From: a bacterium UBP15_UBA6099
GTDB taxonomy: Bacteria; UBP15; UBA6099
DNA: 64,000 nucleotides
NCBI GenBank assembly: GCA_002435745.1
Contig: DIWT01000043.1
Span: 50,654 to 114,653 of the forward strand
Direction of reading: 5' to 3'
Under the pieces are notes generated by a model. That model searched no databases. It saw nothing but the letters and a program-made list of their open reading frames with translations, and was not told where the DNA came from. Positions 55,216-64,000 of this stretch are shown piece by piece. The number at the start of each line of letters is the position of its first letter. The first letter of the stretch is position 1. A program made the position numbers and the translations under genes.

Positions 55216-57213
55216 TTAAAACCTGTTTTTAACTTCGATTATCTGATAAGGGCGGGGTTGAGCGTAGACGCTGGTTTCGTTGCTGACGTATGTGATTTTG
55301 TTTTTATCCGAATCTATAACGCGGGCTGAAACGGGGACGGGGAACCGGAGGGCGATCTGATCCGGCAGCTTAGTGTCCGACAGCAGGTTCACGATGTGGA
55401 AGATTGACGATGCTCCTTTCTTCCATTCTTGGACATGTATGTAGGCGGGGGACTCGATTACGACATCCGGGGGGAACGCTTTTAAAGCGTTTGAAACGGC
55501 ATCGTAAAGGACTTTCCAGTTCTTCGGCGGGGGGCACAGAGCGCTCATGGATTGAGAGCAAAGGAAGGGAAATGCGGGGAGTCCGGCCCTGCGGCTCAGG
55601 GGAAACCCTCCGAAAATCTCCGCTCCGCCGGAGAGGCGGGCGAGAAGCGCGCGCCCCGCGCGGCCCTTGGACATGCGCTCCCAGCGGTTTAATTCAACAT
55701 CCATGAATGAAGGGTCGATTTCAGAGGCGTCCGCGCCAGAAGCGCATCCCGGAATTCCACCGTTGCAAATCAAACGCTTGCCATTGAAGAGGGGAACGAG
55801 GTCGATTCCGGCGGCGTCTTCGAGCGCGGCGGGGGAGGGCGAGATGACGACTTGTACGCTCTCTAGCGCGCCGGGGTCTCCGATGCGCGACGCGTCAATC
55901 GGCAGAACCGGAATCTGTGTTTCAGTCAGAGTGTGGAATATCCGGAAAAAAGATTGAACGAAAGAAGGCGCGGCCTCGACGGCTTTGAGAGAGTACAGAA
56001 CCGCGACTCTTGCCACAGGCGCGGCGTCTTCGAAAACGTCGGCATTCTTGTCGATGAAGTTGTAAATGGTGGCGAGCGCATCCCGCATGTACGCGAAAGC
56101 GGGGTCGGCGATGGAGCAGCCGATGTTGTCGGAAGACGGGTCGTCGCGGTATTCAGAGGCGCGGATTAGAGCCGAAGCGCCGCAGGCGGACGCGGCGGCG
56201 ACTGTGGCGGCCGCCCTCTCGGCGGGAGCCGGGATGTCGGGCGCGGGGCCGAACGGATATGCGAGCGAAGCGACGAGCGTTCCACGCGAGCAAGCCTGCA
56301 GCGCGCGGATGCCCGGCGATTCGTAAAACAATCCTTCGCGCCCGAATGTTATGTGCGAATGTCTTTCGACGCAGCAGATATCCGGTTTAGACAACGCCCA
56401 TGCGGGGTCCAGCCCGAATAGCGGCAGACAGGGCAGGTGGGCGATATGCGGCGCGACGACACCGAACAGCGCGGCGGGGTCGGCTATTTTGACGGCGCAC
56501 ATCGTCGAATCCAGCGCTGAGGAGACCACGCCCGCCCTCCACTTGGAATAAATTGCGAAATGGTCGTCTGAGAGCGACGGTTTCGCCGGTATCGGAAAAG
56601 GTTTTGACCCGGATTCTTCGAGATGACTCCTGAAAGCCGCGCGGCATGCCGGGCAGTGGCAGCCGGCCGCGCCCGCCAGAGCGTCTCCGATGATAATCGG
56701 CGCGGAACCGAAACATGGGAAATCCATAAAAACCCCGGAAGCGCCCGCGGAGAGAGCCTCTGTCGCGTTGACTCTCAGGGTTTCAATCCATTCCTCGGAA
56801 GCCCAGCATGAGAGAGAGCGGCGGCCCGCTCGCGAATACATAGCGTGTTTGCCGTTGGGCAACCTCGCCGCCCATGTAGCGCTCTTGAAACCGTCCCGGC
56901 GCGCGTATGAGGAGGAAACGACAAGCGCTATCGTCTCGATTCCGGCGGCAGCCGCCGATTCCGCGAAAGCCGCGAACGAGTCCTTTTGCGCGCCCGATGA
57001 TTCCAGAGGCTGTCCGAGAAAATAAGGATATACCGCGAAGTTGAAGTTCGCTTCTGCCAGAGCCTCGACGCGGGCCGCGTCTCCGGCGAACGAAAACGCC
57101 GATTCATTAATGTTTTGAGGCGCAAACAGATTTTTCACGAATTCAAGACAGCCGGGGCCGCCCGCGATATAAGCCGCGCGAAAACCGTCGAATGTCAATC
57201 CCGATCCGCTCAT
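55216..57213 (-). CDS. Hypothetical cytoplasmic protein, distantly GH42-like in size and in a Cys-x-Cys-x2-Cys motif
   Basis: 665 aa. GCHCPACRAAFRSHLEESG resembles the GH42 zinc-site region (CxCxxC...F..WL), but the preceding acid/base NE motif is not evident (FMDFPCFG). The functional call is weak. Confidence 0.5.
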   Translation of the reverse strand: MSGSGLTFDGFRAAYIAGGPGCLEFVKNLFAPQNINESAFSFAGDAARVEALAEANFNFAVYPYFLGQPLESSGAQKDSFAAFAESAAAAGIETIALVVSSSYARRDGFKSATWAARLPNGKHAMYSRAGRRSLSCWASEEWIETLRVNATEALSAGASGVFMDFPCFGSAPIIIGDALAGAAGCHCPACRAAFRSHLEESGSKPFPIPAKPSLSDDHFAIYSKWRAGVVSSALDSTMCAVKIADPAALFGVVAPHIAHLPCLPLFGLDPAWALSKPDICCVERHSHITFGREGLFYESPGIRALQACSRGTLVASLAYPFGPAPDIPAPAERAAATVAAASACGASALIRASEYRDDPSSDNIGCSIADPAFAYMRDALATIYNFIDKNADVFEDAAPVARVAVLYSLKAVEAAPSFVQSFFRIFHTLTETQIPVLPIDASRIGDPGALESVQVVISPSPAALEDAAGIDLVPLFNGKRLICNGGIPGCASGADASEIDPSFMDVELNRWERMSKGRAGRALLARLSGGAEIFGGFPLSRRAGLPAFPFLCSQSMSALCPPPKNWKVLYDAVSNALKAFPPDVVIESPAYIHVQEWKKGASSIFHIVNLLSDTKLPDQIALRFPVPVSARVIDSDKNKITYVSNETSVYAQPRPYQIIEVKNRF

Positions 57214-57377
57214 CGTCTTTTTATTATACAGTCCGGCTCAACAATGCAAACCTGTTTTTAAATAACACGAGTTTGTTATGAAATGGCCGGAGGGCAACTT
57301 TTCATTTTTTTGCGGACGAACGCGAAAACTTCTATAATAACGGGAATCGAAAGAGGAAACGCGGAGGGCAAATCAGG

Positions 57378-59090
57378 ATGACGGAAGGCGACATTAAGTT
57401 AGGAATGCCGGCGGAATCCGGCAGCGGCAGGCTGGACAGGATCAAAGGCATTTATCTGATGTCACTGAAAGGCTCATACGAGGCTATGGGCGAACAGATG
57501 TTCGAACTTTCGTCGGGCATAGTGGGCGACGCGATGATAGCGTACTACAGGAATCTGCCGGAAAGGCTCATCGCGCACAGTTTTGCGGCGGACATATCGA
57601 AATCGTTGCCGCCGATGGTTGCCGGCGCGCTGTATTCCCTTTTCAATAGGTTTGCCTCCGACAAGGGCAATAGGTTCGATGGTTTTCTTAGGGCGTACGC
57701 GGCGAAAGCGGGCATACCGCCGCGAGAGGCCGCAAATTTCACTCTCTTCGCCGATTCTCTGCACTATCTTGCGGGCAGGTCGTTCGCGCCAATGGCCATG
57801 CCGGGATGTTCGGGATTCTTCGCGCGCGGCAGCGCAACCGCCGGCGGCCGCTGCATCGTGGGCAGGAACTTTGACTTTTTCGGACGCGGCCTCTGGGACA
57901 AACACCAGACGGTCCTCGTTCTCAACCCCGATGACGCGCAGTCTTATATCTGGCTCGGAGCATTAGGCATTCCGTTCGGCGCGTTCGGCATAAACAGCGC
58001 CGGAATAGCCGTTCTGCCGTTCACCAACTTCACGAAAGACGTTACTGTGCGCGGGAGACTGTTGTACCCGATGATAATCGAGATAATGGAGACGGCGCAA
58101 AGGCTTGACGACGTCGTGAACATAATATCGCGCGGCAAGCGGACGGTGGGACTGTCGTTTCTGGTTGTTGACTCGCGAGCGCGCGACGCCCGCGTGGTCG
58201 GATTCTCCGCAAACCGTTTCGAGACCCTCGACCCGAAAGACGACGCGCTGGCCCGCACCAACCATTACATCACCGATCAGATGAAAGAGAAAGAGACGGC
58301 CCCGACCGCGTGGAAGAGGCACAGCAACGCGCGGCTGTCGCGCATATACGACATACTGCAGGAGAAGCGCGGCTCTCTGACTCCGGAGGACGCCGTCTCG
58401 ATAATGAGCGACAACACAGATCCGTTCGAACATCGCAAGCGCGTCGTCGGCGACATCGTGGCCGCTTCCAACAACGCCAATTCTCTGGTCTATCTTCCCG
58501 ACGAAGACGAGATATACATCGCGAACGGAAGATTTCCGGTTTGCCATAGCGATAAATATCTCGGATTCCGTTTGAGCGCGCTTTTTGCTGGAGACGCCGC
58601 AGCCGCTCCTCTGGAAAAAGACCTGCCCGGCGGGGGACATCTGAACGAGACGGAAAAAGAAGCCCTCGAACTTTATGAAGACGCGTGGACGAAATATCTC
58701 GATTTGTTCGACACCCCGGAAGCGGTGAAATCCCTTCGCCGCGCCGCCGAAATTCTTCCGGACGAACCTATCTTCCACCGCGTCGCGGGAATTCTGCTTC
58801 TGAAAAAGGGCGAATTCAAGGAAGCGCTCGCGCATCTGGAAATTAACGCCGCGCCGAACTACAGGCAGAACAAGCTCAAGGCCGAATCTAGGCTCTGGGC
58901 GGGCAGGTGTTATGACCTTCTCGGGATTCGCGACAAGGCTCTCGAATATTACAAGTTCGCGCTCGCGCTGGACGACCCGGAAATCACCCCGTCTGTCAGG
59001 CGAGCGATCGACCGTCCGTACAGGAAGAAAGAACTCAACAACGTAGAGGTTGAATTCGTCACGGGCGGAGCCATCGCGAAGTACCACTGA
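57378..59090 (+). CDS. Ntn-hydrolase, peptidase C45 / acyl-CoA:6-APA acyltransferase-like, with C-terminal TPR repeats
   Basis: Putative autoprocessing site and nucleophile MPG-CSGFFARGSATAGGRCIVGRNFDF (Cys144). TPR-like C-terminus (ALAHLEINAAPNY..., ALEYYKFALALDDPE). Confidence 0.6.
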   Translation: MTEGDIKLGMPAESGSGRLDRIKGIYLMSLKGSYEAMGEQMFELSSGIVGDAMIAYYRNLPERLIAHSFAADISKSLPPMVAGALYSLFNRFASDKGNRFDGFLRAYAAKAGIPPREAANFTLFADSLHYLAGRSFAPMAMPGCSGFFARGSATAGGRCIVGRNFDFFGRGLWDKHQTVLVLNPDDAQSYIWLGALGIPFGAFGINSAGIAVLPFTNFTKDVTVRGRLLYPMIIEIMETAQRLDDVVNIISRGKRTVGLSFLVVDSRARDARVVGFSANRFETLDPKDDALARTNHYITDQMKEKETAPTAWKRHSNARLSRIYDILQEKRGSLTPEDAVSIMSDNTDPFEHRKRVVGDIVAASNNANSLVYLPDEDEIYIANGRFPVCHSDKYLGFRLSALFAGDAAAAPLEKDLPGGGHLNETEKEALELYEDAWTKYLDLFDTPEAVKSLRRAAEILPDEPIFHRVAGILLLKKGEFKEALAHLEINAAPNYRQNKLKAESRLWAGRCYDLLGIRDKALEYYKFALALDDPEITPSVRRAIDRPYRKKELNNVEVEFVTGGAIAKYH

Positions 59091-59132
59091 CGCCCGCGCT
59101 GGCATTTTCTGAACTGCGATGCGTTTCCGGCT

Positions 59133-60500
59133 CTATTTGTTTTTCCTGAACTTGGCGAAACCCACCGGATCCAGTTTAAGGGTGCGCTCGTTCAACGGAT
59201 AGAAGAGAAATATCACGAAGCCGACAAGCACGAACGCGCCTGTGACCGGGCCGAGCAGTTGTATGCCTAGAAAATTGTCGCTCGAATATCCGTACCGCGA
59301 GAAAAGAAAACCCTGAATGACATAAGTGAGGGCGATGGTGTATTTCTGGAGCATGCCCTGAGCGCCGTAGAAGATGGCTTCTCTGCGCCTGCCTGTGATA
59401 GTGGCGTCGTAATCGGCGATATCCGCTATGATGGGCAGGCCGAGGCTCACAGTTCCGGCCACCGGGAATCCGAGGAAAAAGAACACCACGCACGCGACGT
59501 GGTACGTGGAAAGCCCGAAGAGGCTGTCCCATCCGAGGAAATAAGCCAGAGGGAGAGTAAGACCGAGCAGGAGTATGCAGAGGGAATAGGTGAATTTTTT
59601 CGTGTATTTCGCCGAGAGCTTCTGAATGATCAGAAAGCTTATGACCGTAGAAACGAGAATTATGCCGAAAAACAGAATAAGCTCAGATTCCGGCCTTCCC
59701 AGCATTACGGTGACAATGTAAATCATTCCGTTCAGAACGGTTTGGAATCCGAGGAGCAGGAACAGCGAGCTGATGACATAAACAAGGAACGCCTTGTTTG
59801 TGAAAGTCCATTTGAGAGCCTCAATAAGGCTGTACGCCTCTTCCGGCTCTCGTTTTTTAGTCAGTTTCTTTTCGGGGACGCCGAACGCGGTGGTGTATAT
59901 CGAAATGAGCGCGAGAACTCCGATGATGATGAACATCTGAGGATTTTCGCGGATAGGCTCGAACAGGGTCGGCATGTACATGATGAGTCCGGTCGCCACG
60001 AAGAGAAAAACCTGCATGAGTTGGGACAGGAAAATGCGCTCTGAGCTGGTGTGGGCGATTTCGGTGAGCAGCGCCAGATACGGGCAGAACACCAGAGTGA
60101 TGCAGAACCAGAAAAGGGTCGAGATAGCGACTAGCCAGATTATCATGCCTGTCGTGTTCGGCGCGAAGGGCGGGAACCACAGCAACGTAAACAGCAGACA
60201 CATCGGAAACCCCGCGAACATCAGGAACGGGATTCGGCGGCCCCAGCGCGTGTCCATCCTGTCGCTCCAGTATCCTGTGAGCGGCTCGATAAATCCGTCG
60301 AGGAATCTGCCGATCGCCACCACGGCGGTTGTTATTCCGATAGGGAGCAATTGGCCGTTCTTGTCCGGCGGTGAATAGTAATAAACCAGATATGTGACGA
60401 AAGCCCATTGAAGGAACTGGCTGGACATGTTTCCGGCGCTGTACATAGCGCTTATTGAGAATGGCAGTCTTTTCGCCTTGCCGTGTTGAGGTTGCAGCAT
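59133..60500 (-). CDS. MFS transporter of the glycoside-pentoside-hexuronide (GPH) cation symporter type
   Basis: 455 aa, SAMYSAGNMSSQFLQWAFVTYLVYYY and GYWSDRMDTRWGRRIPFLMF (compare GPH sDr..srwGrRrPf). Confidence 0.85.
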   Translation of the reverse strand: MLQPQHGKAKRLPFSISAMYSAGNMSSQFLQWAFVTYLVYYYSPPDKNGQLLPIGITTAVVAIGRFLDGFIEPLTGYWSDRMDTRWGRRIPFLMFAGFPMCLLFTLLWFPPFAPNTTGMIIWLVAISTLFWFCITLVFCPYLALLTEIAHTSSERIFLSQLMQVFLFVATGLIMYMPTLFEPIRENPQMFIIIGVLALISIYTTAFGVPEKKLTKKREPEEAYSLIEALKWTFTNKAFLVYVISSLFLLLGFQTVLNGMIYIVTVMLGRPESELILFFGIILVSTVISFLIIQKLSAKYTKKFTYSLCILLLGLTLPLAYFLGWDSLFGLSTYHVACVVFFFLGFPVAGTVSLGLPIIADIADYDATITGRRREAIFYGAQGMLQKYTIALTYVIQGFLFSRYGYSSDNFLGIQLLGPVTGAFVLVGFVIFLFYPLNERTLKLDPVGFAKFRKNK

Positions 60501-60733
60501 GCCTGTCCGCTCCTAATAATAGATATTGAGGGATATGATACAACAAGCCGCGCAACCCCCGCAAATTTAATATTTGAAGACGATCTGCCAATCTCATTCC
60601 TTTAATAAAGAAGACCTATCTTGGAATATTGCGCCTTCAAACCCGGCCCAAAACTTGGCGCGGATAAAATCAGCGGAACCTTATTGACAGCGGCGTTTTT
60701 TATTGATAATCTTGTCTAGGTTACTTAAGAGAA

Positions 60734-60751
60734 TTGTGAATTTTTGCACAT
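60734..60751 (+). promoter_or_regulatory. Candidate Rex- or CRP/FNR-type operator upstream of rnfC
   Basis: TTGTGAA-TTTT-TGCACAT, compared with the Rex consensus TTGTGAA-N4-TTCACAA (12 of 14 half-site positions match). A second imperfect palindrome, TTACTAAT-AGAA-ATTAGCAA (60751-60770), follows directly. Confidence 0.35.
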
Positions 60752-60897
60752 TACTAATAGAAATTAGCAATACGGCGTGGTGAGCGCCTGAATAAAACTA
60801 ATGAAGATACTGCTGCGGAATACGCCGAATATCCCCTTATACAGTTCATACATATTAAATATATTGCAGTATAAAATGAAACGCCGGGTGGAGAATC

Positions 60898-62247
60898 ATG
60901 CTGAATTCTCTGTATGAGATTTTAATGCCGTTGAGAGCGGCGAAGAATCTGGACAAGCTGCCGGTTAACGCCGTGCCGGCTCCCGAATTCCTGTATGTTC
61001 ATCTCAAACAGCACGAGGGAGCCGAGGCCGCGCCCGTGGTGAAAGCCGGGGACGAGGTGAAGGCCGGGCAGACTATCGGGTGGGCGATGGACTTCATGTC
61101 CGCGGACGTTCACGCTCCGATGGACGGCAAAGTTGTGGATATCGAGCGCCAGCCGAACCCATACGGCGGGTTTTCCTCTGTGGTGGTTATCAAAACCGAG
61201 GGGAAACGCAAATCTGTCGAGTCAACGCCCGATCCGGATTATTTGTCAAAAACGAATGGGGAATTGCTGCACCGAATACGGCGCATGGGCGTCATGTGCG
61301 AAGGGCCTGCGCCGCCGTCCATTCATTCAATATTCAACCCTTATATGTGTCCGTCCCGGCTGGTCGCTCATGTCGGGCGCGACCCTCTGCCTCCTGTCGA
61401 CACGCTGATTGTGACGGCAATCGACGAAGAACCTATCGTATCTATAAATCAATACATGATTACAAGGCAGTCGAACGATGTGCCCGAAGCGATTAAGCTG
61501 ATGAAAAAACTTTCCGTGGTCACCGGGAGAACAGTTCTGGCATGTCTGGACACACAGAAGAAAGAAGCGGAAAAAGCCGCGTCGGGAGAAGCCGAAGTTA
61601 GAATAATGTCGGGCAGATATCCCGGAACGCTCAGAGAGTTGACGGTGTGGAGGTTGACCGGGCGGGAGATTCCCGCCGGAGCTTCGCCGATGTCGGTAGG
61701 GGTGGCTGTGATTCCATTGAGGACGGCCATCGCTGCGTTGAAAGCGGTTCGGGACGGCATACCCCAGACGAGCATGATAGTGACTGTGGCGGGAGACGCC
61801 GTTACGCCCCCGCAGATGGTGGACGCGCTGATAGGCACGCCCGCGAGAGATATCCTGAAGTTCTGCGACGTGCCTGAAGCCCCGATTAAGAAGCTGGTTT
61901 TCGGCGGCCCGATAAGAGGCAAGTCCCAGTTCTCCTTCGATATGCCGATTACGAAGGGCGTCAACACGATAGTGGCTCTGAAAGTCGACAAGCTGGTGCC
62001 GATAGCCGAAAACAACTGCATCAATTGCGGAGCGTGCGTGGAGTTCTGTCCGGCCCGCCTGCAACCCAATATGCTTAGCCGGCACTGCCAGTTTAGAGTT
62101 TTCGATGAAATAGTCAAAAAGCACATAACGGCTTGCTTAGAATGCGGAGTCTGCGGATATATATGTCCGTCTCGCAGGCCGATGCTCCAGTATTTCCAGA
62201 ACGCCAAGCAGCAGATGAAGCTGCCGAGGAAAGGGAACATGTTATGA
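60898..62247 (+). CDS. rnfC: Rnf complex subunit C-like protein. The Fe-S motifs are intact and the flavin/NADH-binding glycine motif appears degenerate
   Basis: RnfC N-terminal barrel-sandwich region (KQHEGAEAAPVVKAGDEVKAGQTIG...VHAPMDGKVVDI) and C-terminal CINCGACVEFCP plus CLECGVCGYICP. GGAG RBS upstream. Confidence 0.8.
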   Translation: MLNSLYEILMPLRAAKNLDKLPVNAVPAPEFLYVHLKQHEGAEAAPVVKAGDEVKAGQTIGWAMDFMSADVHAPMDGKVVDIERQPNPYGGFSSVVVIKTEGKRKSVESTPDPDYLSKTNGELLHRIRRMGVMCEGPAPPSIHSIFNPYMCPSRLVAHVGRDPLPPVDTLIVTAIDEEPIVSINQYMITRQSNDVPEAIKLMKKLSVVTGRTVLACLDTQKKEAEKAASGEAEVRIMSGRYPGTLRELTVWRLTGREIPAGASPMSVGVAVIPLRTAIAALKAVRDGIPQTSMIVTVAGDAVTPPQMVDALIGTPARDILKFCDVPEAPIKKLVFGGPIRGKSQFSFDMPITKGVNTIVALKVDKLVPIAENNCINCGACVEFCPARLQPNMLSRHCQFRVFDEIVKKHITACLECGVCGYICPSRRPMLQYFQNAKQQMKLPRKGNML

Positions 62248-63248
62248 AGTCATCCGGGTTGATTGTCGATGTCGGGCCGCATATACACGGCGGGAACTCG
62301 ATAGCGCGGACAATGCACAACCAGATAATCGCGCTGATTCCGGCCATCGCAGTGGGCGTGTATATGTTTGGGGCAGGAGCCATCCGCGCCATAGCTGTCG
62401 CAGTGGCCGCGGCGGTTGTGTTCGAGTACCTCATGCTTCGCGCCCTGAAAAAACCGGCAAGCGCTCTGGCGGACGGCAGCGCGGCGCTGACGGGCCTGTT
62501 GCTGGTGTTGATGCTTCCAGCGGATGTGCCGTGGTGGGTTATCGTAGTAGGCGTGGGAGCTTCCATCGTTATTGGAAAAATGCTTTTCGGCGGTTTGGGA
62601 GCATATCCTTTCAACCCGGTGATAGTGGGTTGGGTTATCCTCTTGCTGTCATGGCCCGGATTGATCAACAAATGGCCACGACCGAACCACATGCAGTGGG
62701 GCGGAATCGCGGAATCGCTTCCGGCTCAGACTACAATCGAAATAATGAAGAGATACGGCGTGCAGATGTCCGACCAGTTCAGTATTCTGGACAGTTTTCT
62801 GGGTTTTCAGCCGGGCGGCATAGGTTCGGTGGCGGGGCTGGCTCTAGTTATAGGCGGCGTGTTTCTCATCGCCAGAAACATCATCTCTTGGCAGGTCCCC
62901 GTAGGGTTTATTGCCGGTATTTTCATTTTCGGCGGCATTTATCACGCGGTTGACCCGACGATGTACGCTTCTCCTCTGTTTCATCTGGTGTCCGGGACGA
63001 CGCTGTTCTGCATCTTCTTCTTGGCTCCCGAACACACCACAAGTCCGAACACCAAATGGGGAAAGATCCTGTTCGGACTCTGTTGCGCCGCCCTTACGAT
63101 AGTGATAAGGACGCACGGGACTCACGCCAACGGCTCGGCGCGGTTTGCCATTCTCCTGATGAACCTATTGGTTCCATTCTTCGACAGGATAAGGCCGCCT
63201 ATTCTGGGGCTTCCCAAAAAGAGCAAGGAGGCGGCCGCCGATGCGTGA
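62244..63248 (+). CDS. rnfD: Rnf complex subunit D (NqrB/RnfD family membrane protein)
   Basis: SSGLIVDVGPHIHGGNSIARTMHNQIIALIPAI..., polytopic. The ATG overlaps the rnfC stop (ATGA, 62244-62247). Trimmed from track start 62133. Confidence 0.88.
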   Translation: MKSSGLIVDVGPHIHGGNSIARTMHNQIIALIPAIAVGVYMFGAGAIRAIAVAVAAAVVFEYLMLRALKKPASALADGSAALTGLLLVLMLPADVPWWVIVVGVGASIVIGKMLFGGLGAYPFNPVIVGWVILLLSWPGLINKWPRPNHMQWGGIAESLPAQTTIEIMKRYGVQMSDQFSILDSFLGFQPGGIGSVAGLALVIGGVFLIARNIISWQVPVGFIAGIFIFGGIYHAVDPTMYASPLFHLVSGTTLFCIFFLAPEHTTSPNTKWGKILFGLCCAALTIVIRTHGTHANGSARFAILLMNLLVPFFDRIRPPILGLPKKSKEAAADA

Positions 63249-63831
63249 CATTATTAAAATGATAGTAGTGCTGTCAGTTATTTCGGCCACTACGGGAGCG
63301 GCGCTCAGCTACATCAATAATGTTACCGCCAAGCCCATAGCCGCCGCGGAATTCCAGTACCTTAAAGAACCTGCCCTTAAAAGCATTCTTCCCGCTTACG
63401 ACAACAGCCTTGTCGAAGACAAAATCGAGTTTGCCGTCGGCGAAGGAGAATCGGCGAAAACTATAACTGTGTATCCCGCAAAAAAAGACGGCAAGCTGCT
63501 GGCCATCGCTTTAGAGACATTTGCGAGCAGCTATGGCGGCGATCTCGGCGCGATGGTTGGTTACGACATCGAGAAGAAAAGGTTGTCCGGCGTAAGCATA
63601 ACGACAATGAGCGACACTCCCGGGCTGGGCACAAGGACAAAAGAGCCTAAGTTCATAGACCAGTTTAAGGATGTTCCTTTGGATGTCACATTGGCGCTCA
63701 AAGCCGACGGCGGCGGGATAGACGCGGTAACGGGAGCCAGCATTTCATCCCGGGCGGTCTGTAAAGCCGTCAACGACGCTCTTGGCATTATTAGGGACAA
63801 CGGCGAGAACATCATTTCTGAAGTCAAATAA
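63241..63831 (+). CDS. rnfG: Rnf complex subunit G (FMN-binding domain)
   Basis: N-terminal TM segment, then GGIDAVTGASISSRAV, which matches the flavinylation motif D..(s/t)GA(T/S). Confidence 0.88.
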   Translation: MRDIIKMIVVLSVISATTGAALSYINNVTAKPIAAAEFQYLKEPALKSILPAYDNSLVEDKIEFAVGEGESAKTITVYPAKKDGKLLAIALETFASSYGGDLGAMVGYDIEKKRLSGVSITTMSDTPGLGTRTKEPKFIDQFKDVPLDVTLALKADGGGIDAVTGASISSRAVCKAVNDALGIIRDNGENIISEVK

Positions 63832-63846
63832 CATCGGGTGGCCAAT

Positions 63847-64000
63847 ATGAGATTCTATCAGGAATTCATTAAAGGATTATGGAAGGAAATCCCGCCGTTC
63901 AAGCTTGTTTTGGGATTATGCCCCACACTAGCCGTGACTGCGGCGGCGGCTAACGGGTTCTACATGGGCATGGCGACTACTTTCGTTCTGGTCTGCTCCA
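63847..64000 (+). CDS. rnfE: Rnf complex subunit E (NqrD/RnfE family), partial and truncated by the window edge
   Basis: Hand translation: [51 protein letters not shown]. Confidence 0.8.
   Translation, partial: MRFYQEFIKGLWKEIPPFKLVLGLCPTLAVTAAAANGFYMGMATTFVLVCS

Noticed and set aside
1-64000. A scan for CRISPR arrays, tRNA/rRNA genes, transposases/integrases, prophage genes, toxin-antitoxin pairs and known defence systems.
   Set aside because: I saw no regularly spaced direct repeats, no cloverleaf-like conserved tRNA segments in the intergenic regions, and no ORF with recombinase, nuclease or defence hallmarks. This was a visual scan only, so small elements could have been missed.

Overview
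This 64-kb window looks like core chromosome from a moderately GC-rich, flagellated, diderm (LPS-producing) and probably anaerobic bacterium that I cannot place taxonomically. All calls are by eye from the sequence and the ORF track. I found no rRNA, tRNA, CRISPR array, transposase, integrase or recognisable defence or toxin gene.

Gene content, left to right:
- 0-8 kb: an acyl-CoA metabolism patch with a MeaB GTPase, a B12-type acyl-CoA mutase large subunit, an aminotransferase, a crotonase and a PaaI thioesterase. A cold-shock gene with a long leader sits among them.
- 8-23 kb: envelope and miscellaneous genes. These include a GH2-like protein fused to a membrane domain, a low-GC orphan gene, an M16 peptidase, a repeat lipoprotein, an Fe-S protein, transporters and pyruvoyl arginine decarboxylase.
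- 23.4-30 kb: an outer-membrane biogenesis cluster in the order bamA, unknown, skp, coiled-coil protein, lpxD, lpxC.
- 30.2-33.3 kb: a 1048-aa membrane/spermidine-synthase-like/TPR fusion.
- 34-45.9 kb: a flagellar block, flgF-G-A-H-I-J, small ORF, flgN-K-L, then fliW-csrA and flagellin. The flagellin leader carries CsrA-type sites.
- 46-60.5 kb: a carbohydrate-flavoured region containing the most interesting locus, a GntR / glycyl-radical enzyme / activase operon of unknown substrate with an atypical thiyl loop.
- 60.9 kb to the right edge: the start of an rnfCDGE operon.

Caveats: many long antisense or alternative-frame ORFs in the track are GC-driven shadows. Several track ORFs have N-terminal extensions that I trimmed to RBS-supported starts. 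Hand-derived coordinates of small motifs may be off by 1-2 nt.
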